In this document: positions 62,201 through 64,000 of the stretch, piece after piece
Position numbering within the stretch: position 1 is the first letter of the stretch
Layout of the letters: every line of letters begins with the position of its first letter
From: Mesotaenium endlicherianum
Lineage: Eukaryota
NCBI GenBank assembly: GCA_009602735.1
Contig: WELA01003517.1
Location: 356,028-420,027 of the forward strand
DNA: 64,000 bases
Direction of reading: 5' to 3'
Program-made: the position numbers and the translations under genes
The notes under the pieces: generated by a model
What the model was told of the DNA's origin: nothing
The model's input: only the letters and a program-made list of their open reading frames with translations
Databases searched by the model: none

Positions 62201-64000
62201 CTGTGGCCAAACGTGGCCTAAAGTGACAAATGGTGACAGAAAGTGACACTAGTTGACAGGGAGTGACAGTTGTGACACGCAGTCCAATGACAGTTGAAAC
62301 AGGCAACCCACCTAAACATTAAGTTGGAGGGAGTGGAATAAACATCTCGGAAAATAGCCGATTGCCGATTACCTTCGCATATCCATTCTCCACACTCAAT
62401 CGCGCTCACACTCACTTCTCTCTCAAGCACACTCGCACTTTCAATTTACTTACACCAGGTATTGAAGGCTCTAACTCCCTCTACTATGTTCTTCCCTGTC
62501 AAGGTACTCAATCCTGTGCATGATATCATGACTACACTAACTCCATTGTGGTATGAATGAGCAGGATGACTCAATTGTCTGAACTCAAGAGGAAAAGAAG
62601 GGCGGACGAGTCGCAGGCGGAGTACAAAGAGTTCCATAGCGACATCTCTTCCATCTCTTCTCGAGAACCAGAGCGACTCCGATTACAGTGGGAGGCTCAG
62701 AAGAGGAAGGAGGAGAAAGAATTGGCCAGGCTGAGATAGGAGAAGCTGGACAAGAAAGTTGCAGAGGAATCCAAGAAGGCCGAGAAACAAAGGTTGGCTG
62801 AGGAGAAGCGGAAGCAGCAGGCTGAGGAGGAACAGAGGAAAAATCAAAAGCTACCGCTACACTGTGATGGGCAAGAGCTTTGATCTCTTGGAGGAAGCCT
62901 TCAAGTACGCCCAAAGAAGCCGAATTAAGTCATAGAGGGACATAGTGCAACAGGAAGGGGAGATGGCCCAAGGTTTTGACAAGTACATAGAGGTCAGCAC
63001 AGGGCTTCTACTGTACCATGACTATGCCAGGATGGTGGGATAAACGATCCGGGAGGCCAAAGCTGCGAGTTCTTGGCAAGGGAGACCAGCCAGTTGGACT
63101 TCTCAGGCCACTGGTACCCCTGTACTTTGAAGAGGGCGGATCCTACTTTCTTTCTACAGCCCACTGACAAGCGCTGGATGACCATCACTATGAAGGACCA
63201 GCAGAATGACAGAGCTGAGGAAGACGACTTCTTGGCAGATTTGCAGGGGAAGATAGTGCTGCCACCTCACATTGCAGCGTGGGACCCAAGGCTGGATGGA
63301 GTCAGGGACTGCATGAGCCAGGAGACACAGGAGGATAGGACCAGGGCTAGAGATTCCTTTTCTAAGGGGAAACATGCTTACGCCAAGTGGGCAAGTAAGC
63401 AAGGGGAGAAAGACCTGTATGCGGTCAAGACCCAGCAACCCCCACCTGCACCCAAAAGGGGGAGGTTAGTGGCACATTCCTTTTCTCTAGAACGGTTGGA
63501 GGTGTAATGAATCAATATATTAGTAAATATAATATTCATTTGAATATAATCATTAATCATGTTCAGCCTGCTGAACTATAGTTAAATAATAAGTTTGCTG
63601 GACTTTATATTTAATAGCAGTTTAATGACTCAGCCGGAAGCAGCAGGCTGAAGTCAACTTAAGTCAGCTTGCTGACACATTATTTGACAGCCAGCTGACT
63701 TCCGTACTTGGTATCAGCGAACTGCCTCGATATACTTCTAAGTGTGATATGCTAGATGAATGGCCAGATGACATCCCTATGATGGATGGCGATTCGGGAC
63801 GATGGGAGATGGCGGTGGATTTGGTTAACCGAGGTCCTACCAACGTGGTTAAGTCCCGGGTAGGCGGTGCCATCGCACTGGCCGTTGAACAGTAAACTCA
63901 TTCCATGTACATATGCTAGGCATTGCTCTCGAGTTCGGCATTCGGAAACGAGGCCAACTCTCTTGTACAGCTTACTGAGAGAGATCTGAATCCAAGGCGA
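56214..64000 (+). mobile_element. Family B copy B4: 5' LTR 56214-56935, PBS 56937-56948, decayed gag-pol (~56969-62136), truncated extra ORF (62557-63502), LTR from 63503 past the window edge
   Basis: [49 protein letters not shown]; colinear with B1 and B3. Confidence 0.92.

Noticed and set aside
1..64000. CRISPR arrays, rRNA, intact tRNA genes, prokaryotic operons or R-M systems
   Set aside because: None seen; the methyltransferase is part of a retrotransposon polyprotein.

Overview
Eukaryotic (not prokaryotic) DNA, probably a streptophyte alga or early-diverging plant (inferred from GC-rich spliceosomal exons, a plant-type PRP31 exon and tRNA-iMet-primed chromoviruses). The first ~3 kb holds three minus-strand exons separated by single-N positions. 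From ~7.8 kb to the end it is a nest of decayed Ty3/Gypsy retrotransposons. Family A is a complete chromovirus (8200-14825) inserted in a solo LTR. Family B has four chromovirus copies, each carrying an unexplained ~555-codon extra ORF behind the chromodomain. Family D is represented by LTRs and remnants, one containing a MITE. Element C (42783-55993) is the standout. It encodes Gag-protease-C5 DNA methyltransferase-RT-RNaseH-DDE integrase-PHD finger, but has split direct repeats A1-[ORFs]-B1-GC-A2-B2 instead of normal LTRs. It also has TG...CA outer ends, a 4-bp TSD, an internal palindromic end-to-end junction (CACGACA-GC-TGTCATG), a purine tract before B rather than A, and a Tf1-like self-priming site instead of a tRNA PBS. 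These features fit a model in which a 2-LTR circle is opened by integrase at an att palindrome inside the LTR. A second, diverged relic (25900-26900) shows the same PHD-purine tract-B-palindrome-A order. Family names A-D are my labels. All alignments were done by eye.
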